DNA of 32,000 nt, taken from NCBI RefSeq assembly GCF_009734345.1, contig NZ_CP032551.1:390001-422000 (forward strand). Reading direction: 5' to 3'. The notes below the pieces were generated by a model. The model was not told the origin of the DNA and did not search any database. It saw only the letters and a program-made list of their open reading frames with translations. Both the position numbers and the translations under genes were made by a program. Shown here piece by piece: positions 1 to 7,507 of the stretch (its first letter is position 1; each line of letters starts with the position of its first letter). This stretch comes from Pseudidiomarina andamanensis (GTDB lineage Bacteria > Pseudomonadota > Gammaproteobacteria > Enterobacterales > Alteromonadaceae).

Positions 1-467
1 TATTACAGCCATTTGAGAATACGACTTTTGAGGTGTTCCATCCGCAAGCAGAACAACGTGAAGTGGGGCATATTCGTTATTTTGCGCCATCACGAATTGG
101 ATTTGCAGAAGCGATGGCTAGAGCCGAGGGAATCATCAGCAACGCCGGCTTCGAAACCGCTAGCGAAGCGCTGGCAACGGGCAAGAAATTGCTAGTTAAG
201 CCGTTAACCGGTCAATTTGAGCAAACAGCCAATGCCGAATGTTTGGAGCGATCACGTTTAGCGCAAGTGATGTGGTCATTAGACTCTGACGCGGTATCGA
301 AGTTTTTACAGGTGCAAAAAGGGAATTATTGTCGCTGGCCGAATGTCGCGCATGCGGTTGCCGAATGGTTAAGCGACGGCGCAGTAGAGCCTGTTCACCA
401 TTTAAGTGCAAGACTTTGGCAGCGTACTGAATTTGAAGATTACATGGAATGTTTAAAGAGTTATTAA
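1..467 (+). CDS. C-terminal part of a glycosyltransferase-like protein (MJ1255/VC2487-type family suspected); 5' end lies outside the window
   Basis: The reading frame is open from position 3 to the TAA at 465-467. The listed GTG at 33 is only the first in-window start. The family assignment is from memory of similar C-terminal sequences (…NAGFETASEAL..GKKLLVKP…) and is tentative. Confidence 0.45.
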   Translation, partial: LQPFENTTFEVFHPQAEQREVGHIRYFAPSRIGFAEAMARAEGIISNAGFETASEALATGKKLLVKPLTGQFEQTANAECLERSRLAQVMWSLDSDAVSKFLQVQKGNYCRWPNVAHAVAEWLSDGAVEPVHHLSARLWQRTEFEDYMECLKSY

Positions 468-468
468 G

Positions 469-545
469 TGGCTCCCCAGGTTGGATTCGAACCAACGACA
501 CATGGATTAACAGTCCACCGCTCTAACCAACTGAGCTACTGGGGA
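469..545 (-). tRNA. tRNA-Asn (anticodon GTT)
   Basis: The reverse complement reads TCCCCAGTAGCTCAGTTGGTTAGAGCGGTGGACTGTTAATCC…GGTTCGAATCC…CTGGGGAGCCA. It is 77 nt with a cloverleaf, a CT-GTT-AA anticodon loop and an encoded CCA. Confidence 0.95.
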
Positions 546-582
546 ATACTTAAGGGGTATTCGGGGGTGTTGTGAGATGTCT

Positions 583-659
583 TGGCTCCCCAGGTTGGAT
601 TCGAACCAACGACACATGGATTAACAGTCCACCGCTCTAACCAACTGAGCTACTGGGGA
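583..659 (-). tRNA. tRNA-Asn (anticodon GTT), second identical copy
   Basis: Same 77-nt sequence as 469-545, repeated with a 114-bp period. Confidence 0.95.
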
Positions 660-681
660 ACACATCTGACAACGGGTGCGA

Positions 682-710
682 ATGTTAAAGGCGGTTGCGG
701 CCTCTGTCAA
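682..710 (-). promoter_or_regulatory. Candidate sigma70 promoter of the tRNA-Asn pair
   Basis: The minus strand reads TTGACA (710-705), a 17-bp spacer, TAACAT (687-682), then a GC-rich discriminator TCGCACCC. An A/T-rich stretch lies upstream (711-720). Confidence 0.5.
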
Positions 711-823
711 TACTAAAAAATGCTGTTTGCTTGTTTTGTGCGCAAACTGTATGAAAAATTTAAAGTCAAGTAGTCACAATGGTTGTCTATATACCAAATG
801 ATATACACTCAAACTCGTCTCGG

Positions 824-905
824 TTATCCACATGAAAGCAGATCGCACGTGTTTCAACGGCTAGACAATCTTATCCACTAAATCTGTGGATAACCTTGTG
901 GGAAA
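824..905. promoter_or_regulatory. Cluster of DnaA boxes
   Basis: TTATCCACA at 824-832 is a perfect match. TTATCCACT at 871-879 matches 8 of 9. TGTGGATAA at 885-893 is perfect and inverted, 5 bp from the previous box. A degenerate TGTGGGAAA lies at 897-905. A GATC at 841-844 sits within AGATCGCACG. The consensus TTATNCACA is established knowledge. The function of the cluster here is not established. Confidence 0.6.
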
Positions 906-1225
906 CTGTGTGAGTTGCTTTTAACGGTGGGCTTTTGGGGCTGATTTAGCGATTGCTTAAAAATTGGCTTTAAAAATAAATAACTATATAAAACAACCTG
1001 TTATGTGTCACCTTTACAGAACCTTGAAAGTTTTTGGCGGCGACATGTCGTCTGTCGCATTTTGATACATCGATTGTGTATTTCTTACCTAATTTGTACA
1101 CAAAACCGACGCTAATAGAGCGCTTATAACCCAGTGTATTTCCGATGATTAATTTTTTGTGACGAATATATTTTAAACAACTGTTTTAGCGTTGCTGTCA
1201 TGACCATGTCATATGAATTATTCAT

Positions 1226-1256
1226 GAAAAAAGCCGCATTGATTGAATGCGGCTTC
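1226..1256 (-). terminator. Intrinsic terminator downstream of the aminotransferase gene
   Basis: The minus strand reads GAAGCCGCATTCAATCAATGCGGCTTTTTTCATG, a GC-containing stem (AAGCCGCAT/ATGCGGCTT) followed by a T-run. Confidence 0.65.
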
Positions 1257-1280
1257 AGTCGACATTATTTAAGCTGAAGA

Positions 1281-2468
1281 TTAAGCGCTTTCGGCAAACG
1301 CTTTAATACGTTTTACTGCTTCTTTTAGCGTATCGAGGCTACAGGCGAACGAGAAGCGGCAGTGGCCAGGTGCACCAAATGCGGTACCTGGAACTAACGC
1401 CACTTTGGCTTCATTCAAAATCATCTCGCACAACTCAACGTCTGAACTTGCGCCTTTTTGACTGATAAGCTCATCAATATTAGCAAACGTATAGAAAGTA
1501 CCGTCACCAGCAATGCATTTCATACCAGGAACTTCGTTGAGGGCTTCCACGAGATAATCGTGGCGCTGTTTAAACGCCTTAACCATGTCGGTGATACAGC
1601 TCTGGTCACCTTCAAGTGCAGCAAGCGCGGCCCACTGGCTGATGCTGGCTGGGTTTGAGGTGCTTTGCGATTGAATCTTCTTCATCGCGGCAATCAGTGG
1701 CTTAGGGCCAGCAGCGTAACCAATGCGCCACCCCGTCATGGCGTATGCTTTTGATACACCCGACAAAATCACAATGCGCTCTTTCAAATCTGGTGCAACC
1801 ATCGCGATGTTATGGAAGCTCTCGTCACTCCACAAAATGTGCTCGTACATATCGTCGGTGGCGATTAGAACTTGCGGATGTTGACGCAACACGTCGGCAA
1901 GGCTTTCTAATTCAGCTTTGGTGTAAGCAGTGCCTGTTGGGTTTGACGGGCTATTTAAAAACATTAAGCGTGTTTTCGGAGTAATGGCTGCGGCTAATTG
2001 CTCAGCAGTGATTTTATAGCGCTGCTCAATACCTGCTTCAATGAATTTCGGTACGGCACCGACTAAAATCGACATATCTGGATATGATACCCAATACGGC
2101 GCAGGAATCAGTACTTCGTCACCCGGATTAAGCCATGCGCTCAACAAGTTAAAAATACTGTGCTTACCGCCGGCAGAAATCAAAATTTCGCTGGTTTCGT
2201 AGGTTAAGCCATTGTCACGCTTGAACTTATCAACCACGGCTTGTTTGAGTTGCGGAATGCCGTCGACCGCCGTGTATTTGGTGTGACCCGCATCAATGGC
2301 AGCTTTTGCCGCGGTTTTGACAAATTCAGGGGTATCGAAATCAGGTTCACCCACACCCAAACCAATCACATCATAGCCAGCAGCTTTAAGTTCAGCAGCT
2401 TTTTGCGACACAGCAAGTGTTGGCGATGGTTGAATAGCGTTAACACGGTCAGATAGTTGGTATTTCAC
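1281..2468 (-). CDS. Pyridoxal-phosphate-dependent class I aminotransferase (aspartate aminotransferase, subgroup Ib-like)
   Basis: 395-aa ORF with a GTG start and AGGA about 9 nt upstream. Motifs include GEPDF, NSPSNPTG and SKAYAMTGWRIGY (the PLP-lysine region). Confidence 0.9.
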   Translation of the reverse strand: MKYQLSDRVNAIQPSPTLAVSQKAAELKAAGYDVIGLGVGEPDFDTPEFVKTAAKAAIDAGHTKYTAVDGIPQLKQAVVDKFKRDNGLTYETSEILISAGGKHSIFNLLSAWLNPGDEVLIPAPYWVSYPDMSILVGAVPKFIEAGIEQRYKITAEQLAAAITPKTRLMFLNSPSNPTGTAYTKAELESLADVLRQHPQVLIATDDMYEHILWSDESFHNIAMVAPDLKERIVILSGVSKAYAMTGWRIGYAAGPKPLIAAMKKIQSQSTSNPASISQWAALAALEGDQSCITDMVKAFKQRHDYLVEALNEVPGMKCIAGDGTFYTFANIDELISQKGASSDVELCEMILNEAKVALVPGTAFGAPGHCRFSFACSLDTLKEAVKRIKAFAESA

Positions 2469-2622
2469 AGTGCGATCCTAAACATAGATGGGGTGAAAAA
2501 GTTGCTGCTACTATATCTTTTTCGCGGAATTTTGTCTATTGAGACACAGCTTATAACATAGCGAAAAAGCGCAAAATTCGTTACACTACGGCTTCTTTTT
2601 TCAATACCGGTATTAACGACAC

Positions 2623-4029
2623 ATGAGCCAAGCTGTAGCGGCAAAATCATTACTGCACGATCCTATTCAACCCACTCTCTGGCGGATGACTTGGCCGGTG
2701 ATCATTGGTGTGTTGACGCTAATCAGCTTCAACGTGGTTGATACGTTTTTTGTCGGTATGTTGGGCACTGACCCGTTGGCTGCTGTCAGTTTTACCTTTC
2801 CGGTTACCTTTACCATTGTAAGTTTAGCGATTGGCTTGGGTATTGGAACATCAGCGGTTATCGCACGTAAGCGTGGCTCGGGCCGAGAGGAACATGCCAA
2901 GTTTGATGGTGCAACGGCGTTGTCGGTGTCAGCATTGTTGGTGATGATCTTGTCTTTAATTGGCTATCTCACCATGGATCCAATTTTCGCCGCGCTGAAT
3001 GCCCAAGAACGTTTATTGCCATACATCCATGATTACATGTCCATTTGGTTCTTAGGTGCCGTGTTGTTGGTCACGCCAATGGTTGGCAATGCCGTATTAC
3101 GCGCAGCCGGGGATACCCGAACACCGTCCTTGATCATGGCATCGGGAGGGCTGCTCAACGCTATTTTTGATCCGATATTAATTTTCGGTCTTGGCCCCAT
3201 TCCAGCCATGGGCGTACAAGGTGCAGCGCTCGCCAGTTTAATTTCCTGGATTATCGGCTCAGGTTTGGTGTTGTGGTACCTCAGTTATAAACAACTGTTA
3301 TCGTTAAAAGCACCAGCTGATGCTAGTTGGTTACGTTCCGCACGCCAAATCTTGAATATTGGGGTACCCGCTGCTGGTGCCAATATGTTAACGCCATTAG
3401 CGATGGCGGTGATTACTGCGATTATTGCAGCATACGGCGCGCCGGCAGTCGCGGCATTTGGTGTTGGCACGCGTTTGGAATCACTGGCGAGTGTGATTAT
3501 TCTGGCGCTATCGATGTCGTTGCCACCGTTAATTAGTCAAAATTTTGGTGCACACTCATTTGATCGTGTTGGTGCGGCTTATCGGGTCGCGGTGCGCAGC
3601 GTACTCATTGTTCAGCTATTTATCTATGGTTTATTAGTCGCAACGGCACCGTGGATTGCCGCAGCATTTACCGATGATCCGGAAGTGGCACGTCTAATTC
3701 GGTTATTCATCTTTATTATGCCGATTGGTTACGGTGTACAGGGCGTGATTATTCTGACGAATTCAAGTTTGAATGCACTGCATCGCCCGATGAATGCGTT
3801 GGCATTAAGCATTGTGCGTTTATTTGTGATGTTCGTGCCGCTGAGTTGGTTAGGTGCCATTATTTACGATATACCAGGGTTATTCGTGGGTGGCGTGATC
3901 GCGAACGTGATCACTGGCGTACTTGCATGGTTCTGGTTCCACCGTGGCTTACGGTTGGAAACAGCGCGCGAGCGGCAAGAGCACGTGAATAGTGCGTTAG
4001 AAGGTGTGGCAGAAGGAGCAACCAAATGA
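2623..4029 (+). CDS. MATE family multidrug/toxin efflux transporter
   Basis: 468-aa highly hydrophobic ORF with about 12 predicted helices and a MATE-like N-terminus (…[25 protein letters not shown]…). Its stop overlaps the uvrB start (ATGA at 4026-4029). Confidence 0.85.
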   Translation: MSQAVAAKSLLHDPIQPTLWRMTWPVIIGVLTLISFNVVDTFFVGMLGTDPLAAVSFTFPVTFTIVSLAIGLGIGTSAVIARKRGSGREEHAKFDGATALSVSALLVMILSLIGYLTMDPIFAALNAQERLLPYIHDYMSIWFLGAVLLVTPMVGNAVLRAAGDTRTPSLIMASGGLLNAIFDPILIFGLGPIPAMGVQGAALASLISWIIGSGLVLWYLSYKQLLSLKAPADASWLRSARQILNIGVPAAGANMLTPLAMAVITAIIAAYGAPAVAAFGVGTRLESLASVIILALSMSLPPLISQNFGAHSFDRVGAAYRVAVRSVLIVQLFIYGLLVATAPWIAAAFTDDPEVARLIRLFIFIMPIGYGVQGVIILTNSSLNALHRPMNALALSIVRLFVMFVPLSWLGAIIYDIPGLFVGGVIANVITGVLAWFWFHRGLRLETARERQEHVNSALEGVAEGATK

Positions 4030-6041
4030 GTCGAGCATTTGAACTCAAGTCCGATTATCAGCCAGCGGGCGACCAGCCGGCGGCCATCGAGCGCTTGGTT
4101 GACAACTTAGATGCAGGTTTAGCTCATCAAACCTTATTGGGTGTGACTGGCTCGGGTAAAACCTTCACCATGGCCAATGTGATTCAAAACATCCAACGGC
4201 CAACGTTAATTCTTGCTCACAATAAAACGCTCGCTGCGCAACTCTATGGCGAAATGAAAGAATTCTTCCCGAACAATGCGGTTGAATATTTCGTGTCGTA
4301 CTACGATTACTATCAGCCAGAAGCGTATGTACCAACCACGGATACATTTATTGAGAAAGATGCGTCAATTAACGATCACATTGAGCAGATGCGCTTGTCC
4401 GCAACTAAGGCATTGATGGAGCGTCGTGACGTTGTATTGGTGGCCTCGGTATCATGTATTTATGGTTTGGGTGACCCTGAATCGTATATGAAAATGATGC
4501 TGCATTTGCGTCGCGGTGATTTGATTGATCAGCGCGATATTCTTCGCCGCTTGGCGCAGTTGCAATATAAGCGTAATGACGCGGCGTTCGAGCGGGGCAC
4601 CTATCGAGTGCGCGGTGAAGTCATTGATATCTTCCCTGCGGAATCAGAACAGTTAGCCATTCGTGTTGAGCTGTTTGACGATGAAATTGATCGCATCAGC
4701 TTTTTTGAGCCGTTAACCGGGCAGGTGACTGAGGCTGATGTCGCCCGCGCAACGGTATATCCAAAAACGCACTATGTCACGCCACGCGAAACCATTCTTA
4801 ATGCCATTGAGCGTATTAAAGAAGAATTAAAAGAGCGCAAACAACAGCTTCTTGATTCGAATAAGTTGGTGGAAGAGCAGCGACTCAGTCAGCGCACTCA
4901 ATACGATATTGAAATGATGCTGGAGCTTGGTTATTGCTCGGGCATTGAAAACTATTCGCGCTATTTATCTGGGCGTGCGCCAGGCGAGCCACCACCAACC
5001 CTATTAGATTACTTGCCAGATGATGCCTTACTGATTATTGATGAGTCGCATGTGACCGTGTCGCAAATTGGTGCCATGTACAAAGGCGACCGTTCGCGTA
5101 AAGAAAATTTGGTCAATTATGGCTTCCGATTGCCATCAGCGTTGGATAACCGGCCGCTCAAGTTTGAAGAGTTTGAGGCCATTGCGCCGCAAACCATTTA
5201 TGTTTCCGCGACACCTGGAAAGTATGAAATTGAAAAATCAGCAGGCGAAGTCGTCGAGCAGGTTGTTCGCCCAACGGGATTGATTGACCCAGAAATTGAG
5301 ATTCGTCCGGTCGCCACTCAGGTTGATGACTTGATGTCGGAAGTGCGTTTACGTGTCGAGCGTAACGAACGTGTTCTTGCGACCACACTAACTAAGAAGA
5401 TGGCAGAAGACCTCTCCGATTATTTGGACGAGCACGGCATTCGCGTGCGCTATTTGCATTCAGACATCGACACCGTTGAGCGGATGGAAATCATTCGCGA
5501 TTTGCGCTTGGGTGAGTTCGATGTTTTGGTTGGTATTAACTTGCTACGAGAGGGCTTGGATATGCCAGAAGTATCTCTTGTCGCGATTCTTGATGCCGAC
5601 AAAGAAGGCTTCTTACGCTCTGATCGCTCATTAATCCAGACCATTGGTCGTGCGGCTCGTAATCTCAACGGTCGTGCCATACTTTATGCTGATCGCATTA
5701 CCGGCTCAATGCAACGCGCCATCGACGAAACCGATCGCCGCCGCGCGAAGCAAGTGGCATATAACGAAGAGCACGGCATTACACCAAAAGGCTTAAACAA
5801 ACGCGTGACCGACGTCATGGATCTCGGCGGTGGCATTCGTGCCCCACGCCGCGAGAAACAGCGTGTGAGCGAAGCGGAAGCAGCCTACGATCCAGCTATG
5901 TTTGATCCGAAGGCCTTGGTTCAGAAAATTGAACAGACTGAGAAGGCAATGTATCAGGCGGCTAAAGATTTGGAGTTCGAGAAGGCGGCGGCGTTGCGAG
6001 ATGATGTTGCTAAACTCCGCGAGCAACTCAAAGTCCTTTAA
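4026..6041 (+). CDS. uvrB: Excinuclease ABC subunit B
   Basis: 671 aa. It has Walker A GVTGSGKT, the helicase motif DESH, a beta-hairpin region, and the C-terminal UVR domain (…[20 protein letters not shown]). Confidence 0.98.
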   Translation: MSRAFELKSDYQPAGDQPAAIERLVDNLDAGLAHQTLLGVTGSGKTFTMANVIQNIQRPTLILAHNKTLAAQLYGEMKEFFPNNAVEYFVSYYDYYQPEAYVPTTDTFIEKDASINDHIEQMRLSATKALMERRDVVLVASVSCIYGLGDPESYMKMMLHLRRGDLIDQRDILRRLAQLQYKRNDAAFERGTYRVRGEVIDIFPAESEQLAIRVELFDDEIDRISFFEPLTGQVTEADVARATVYPKTHYVTPRETILNAIERIKEELKERKQQLLDSNKLVEEQRLSQRTQYDIEMMLELGYCSGIENYSRYLSGRAPGEPPPTLLDYLPDDALLIIDESHVTVSQIGAMYKGDRSRKENLVNYGFRLPSALDNRPLKFEEFEAIAPQTIYVSATPGKYEIEKSAGEVVEQVVRPTGLIDPEIEIRPVATQVDDLMSEVRLRVERNERVLATTLTKKMAEDLSDYLDEHGIRVRYLHSDIDTVERMEIIRDLRLGEFDVLVGINLLREGLDMPEVSLVAILDADKEGFLRSDRSLIQTIGRAARNLNGRAILYADRITGSMQRAIDETDRRRAKQVAYNEEHGITPKGLNKRVTDVMDLGGGIRAPRREKQRVSEAEAAYDPAMFDPKALVQKIEQTEKAMYQAAKDLEFEKAAALRDDVAKLREQLKVL

Positions 6042-6137
6042 CGGCGTTATTGGTTATTCGTTAGACGTTATTCGAAAAGACAAAACAAAAACGGTCTTTC
6101 GTTTTTAACGAGTAACCAATAACGACTAACGAATATC
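6042..6137. repeat. Heptad-palindrome intergenic element, copy A
   Basis: It starts 1 nt after the uvrB stop. The left arm CGTTATTGGTTATTCGTTAG (6045-6064) pairs with the right arm CGAGTAACCAATAACG (6109-6124). An inner stem CGAAAAGAC/GTCTTTCG with an A/C-rich loop is followed by TTTTT, which is terminator-like for uvrB. Confidence 0.7.
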
Positions 6138-6231
6138 GCTTTTGCATTTCACGTTCATCGGTTATTTCGGTTAGATAAATTCATAGTAATTGATATTATC
6201 TATTCATGGAAAATTCATGGGGGATACCGAT

Positions 6232-6441
6232 ATGGCGAAAACAGTTTCTTTTGGCGTGATGCACGTGAGCGTGGCATTCACCCTCGTCTGGCTAATGACC
6301 GGTGATATTGTGCTTGGTGGCGCAGTGGCACTGATCGAGCCGGTGGTGAATACGGTAGCCTATTATTTTCATGAGAAATACTGGGCGGCACGACAAAAAC
6401 GTCGGCAGAGTCGACAAATTGATACGGTGCACGTAGCATAG
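6232..6441 (+). CDS. DUF2061-like small membrane protein
   Basis: The ORF track gives 6190-6441. I prefer the ATG at 6232 (MAKTVSFGVMH…), which is preceded by GGGGGA. The conserved-looking core is …EPVVNTVAYYFHEKYW. Confidence 0.65.
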   Translation: MAKTVSFGVMHVSVAFTLVWLMTGDIVLGGAVALIEPVVNTVAYYFHEKYWAARQKRRQSRQIDTVHVA

Positions 6442-6600
6442 CGACACTTTTGATTTGAGTTAGAGATGAGACGTGCAATTACTGCCCGGTGATGAACGCT
6501 ATGTAACGCCAGACGGCAAATTAAAAACGCCGTTGAGCCTGCTTTTTATTCTACTATTTTTTTACGCGGCTATGCCGCGTGGATTATTTCGTTGACGTTC

Positions 6601-6942
6601 ATGGAAGATCGTTCGCGTTTACTCAAATTCTTTTACACCAGCACTGATCAATTCGGCTTAGCCTTGCTTGTAGGGCTTCCGGCATTCTTTGTGTTTATTC
6701 TGCTAACGCAATTAAAAGCGGACATTCCAGAGTGGGTGGCACGTTCATTTGGCGTGGTACCCATTCTATTGTGGTGTAGTTGGCTTATTGATGGGGTTTT
6801 ACTGCTGAGTTTAATTAGTAATCTTTGGCCAACGTTTTCATTGGTGAAAGCATTGTTATTGTTTGGTTGGCTGGCTGCCGGCTGGATGTTGCTATTTTCA
6901 AGACACTTGAAGCGCTTCACAGCGCTGATCGTTATTCGTTAA
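6601..6942 (+). CDS. Hypothetical small membrane protein (3-4 predicted helices)
   Basis: The ORF runs 6592-6942 and the first ATG is at 6601. It has hydrophobic segments and I recognise no family. The last codons (ATC GTT ATT CGT TAA) lie inside repeat copy B. Confidence 0.4.
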   Translation: MEDRSRLLKFFYTSTDQFGLALLVGLPAFFVFILLTQLKADIPEWVARSFGVVPILLWCSWLIDGVLLLSLISNLWPTFSLVKALLLFGWLAAGWMLLFSRHLKRFTALIVIR

Positions 6943-7090
6943 TCGTTATTCGTTATTCGTTAAAAACGGAAAACGAAAACGAAAATACGAAACACGTTTT
7001 AGCGTATTTAGTTTTAAGGTGTTGGTTTTGGGGTTTTCTTTTCCGAATAACGAATAACCAATAACGATTAACGCTCTTCGTTTTTAAGAA
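6927..7090. repeat. Heptad-palindrome intergenic element, copy B (longest stem)
   Basis: Five tandem CGTTAWT heptads at 6930-6964 plus GAAAAC repeats (6969-6986) are complementary to GGTTTT-rich sequence and the AATAACG heptads at about 7021-7076. That gives roughly 40 potential base pairs with a few mismatches or bulges. CGTTTTT follows the right arm. Confidence 0.75.
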
Positions 7091-7091
7091 G

Positions 7092-7167
7092 TGGTGGATG
7101 GTACTGGGCTCGAACCAGTGACCCCCGCCTTGTAAGGGCGGTGCTCTCCCAGCTGAGCTAACCATCC
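7092..7167 (-). tRNA. tRNA-Val (anticodon TAC)
   Basis: The reverse complement reads GGATGGTTAGCTCAGCTGGGAGAGCACCGCCCTTACAAGGCGG…GGTTCGAGCCCAGTACCATCCACCA, 76 nt. Confidence 0.95.
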
Positions 7168-7194
7168 ATCAGGGAGACAGAGAAAATGAAGAAG

Positions 7195-7270
7195 TGGTGG
7201 ATGGTACTGGGTTCGAACCAGTGACCCCCGCCTTGTAAGGGCGGTGCTCTCCCAGCTGAGCTAACCATCC
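7195..7270 (-). tRNA. tRNA-Val (anticodon TAC), second copy
   Basis: Same as 7092-7167 except for one T-arm substitution (GAGCC versus GAACC). The period is 103 bp. Confidence 0.95.
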
Positions 7271-7292
7271 TTTTCTCTGCGTTGCGGGGCGT

Positions 7293-7320
7293 ATTATAGG
7301 GTGCTTAACGATACTGTCAA
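7293..7320 (-). promoter_or_regulatory. Promoter of the tRNA-Val pair
   Basis: The minus strand reads TTGACA (7320-7315), a 16-bp spacer, TATAAT (7298-7293), then the GC-rich discriminator ACGCCCCGC. This is a stable-RNA promoter architecture. Confidence 0.65.
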
Positions 7321-7507
7321 CAGGAAATCTCACTTGATTTGTTCGACTGCTGATTTTTTCCCCGCTTTGCCGTAAAAATCAACATCCTGCTTAGTAAAAA
7401 CACAATAATCTATGCTTTCCCCTAATGCGCCTGCCGCTGCTTCTTGGTAGAATGCATGCATAACGAAACTGCAAAATAACCCGAATAATGCGGAGAAAGC
7501 AAGAATT

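Noticed and set aside
196-501. 101-aa minus-strand ORF
   Set aside because: It is antisense to the glycosyltransferase-like ORF and begins inside the tRNA-Asn gene, so it is spurious.
824-1000. Could the DnaA-box cluster plus the adjacent A/T-rich block be the chromosomal origin oriC?
   Set aside because: There are only three good boxes. Only one GATC lies in the whole interval, whereas gammaproteobacterial oriC regions are GATC-dense. There is no array of 13-mer-like AT-rich repeats, and no gidA/mioC/dnaA/rpmH context. It is better treated as an accessory DnaA-binding site.
2532-2549. Possible LexA (SOS) box upstream of the MATE-uvrB unit
   Set aside because: The sequence is TTGTCTATTGAGACACAG. 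It gives TTGT-N8-ACAC (two mismatches at the invariant CTGT/ACAG positions) or TTGT-N10-ACAG (wrong spacing). It is too weak to call without a matrix score.
6557-6580. Hairpin ACGCGGC-TAT-GCCGCGT preceded by T7, upstream of the 113-aa membrane ORF
   Set aside because: The T-run precedes the stem on the plus strand and becomes an A-run after the stem on the minus strand. It is therefore not a canonical intrinsic terminator in either direction, and its function is unknown.
6038-7090. TTAA at the element boundaries as a possible target-site duplication of a MITE
   Set aside because: TTAA is part of the internal CGTTAA arm motif. In copy A it is present at the left edge but not at the right edge. 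There is no consistent flanking duplication.
6825-7165. ORF-track entries 6825-7064 (+, 79 aa) and 6953-7165 (-, 70 aa)
   Set aside because: They run through the palindromic repeat and, for the second, into a tRNA-Val gene. The translated sequence is low-complexity repeat translation. I consider them spurious.
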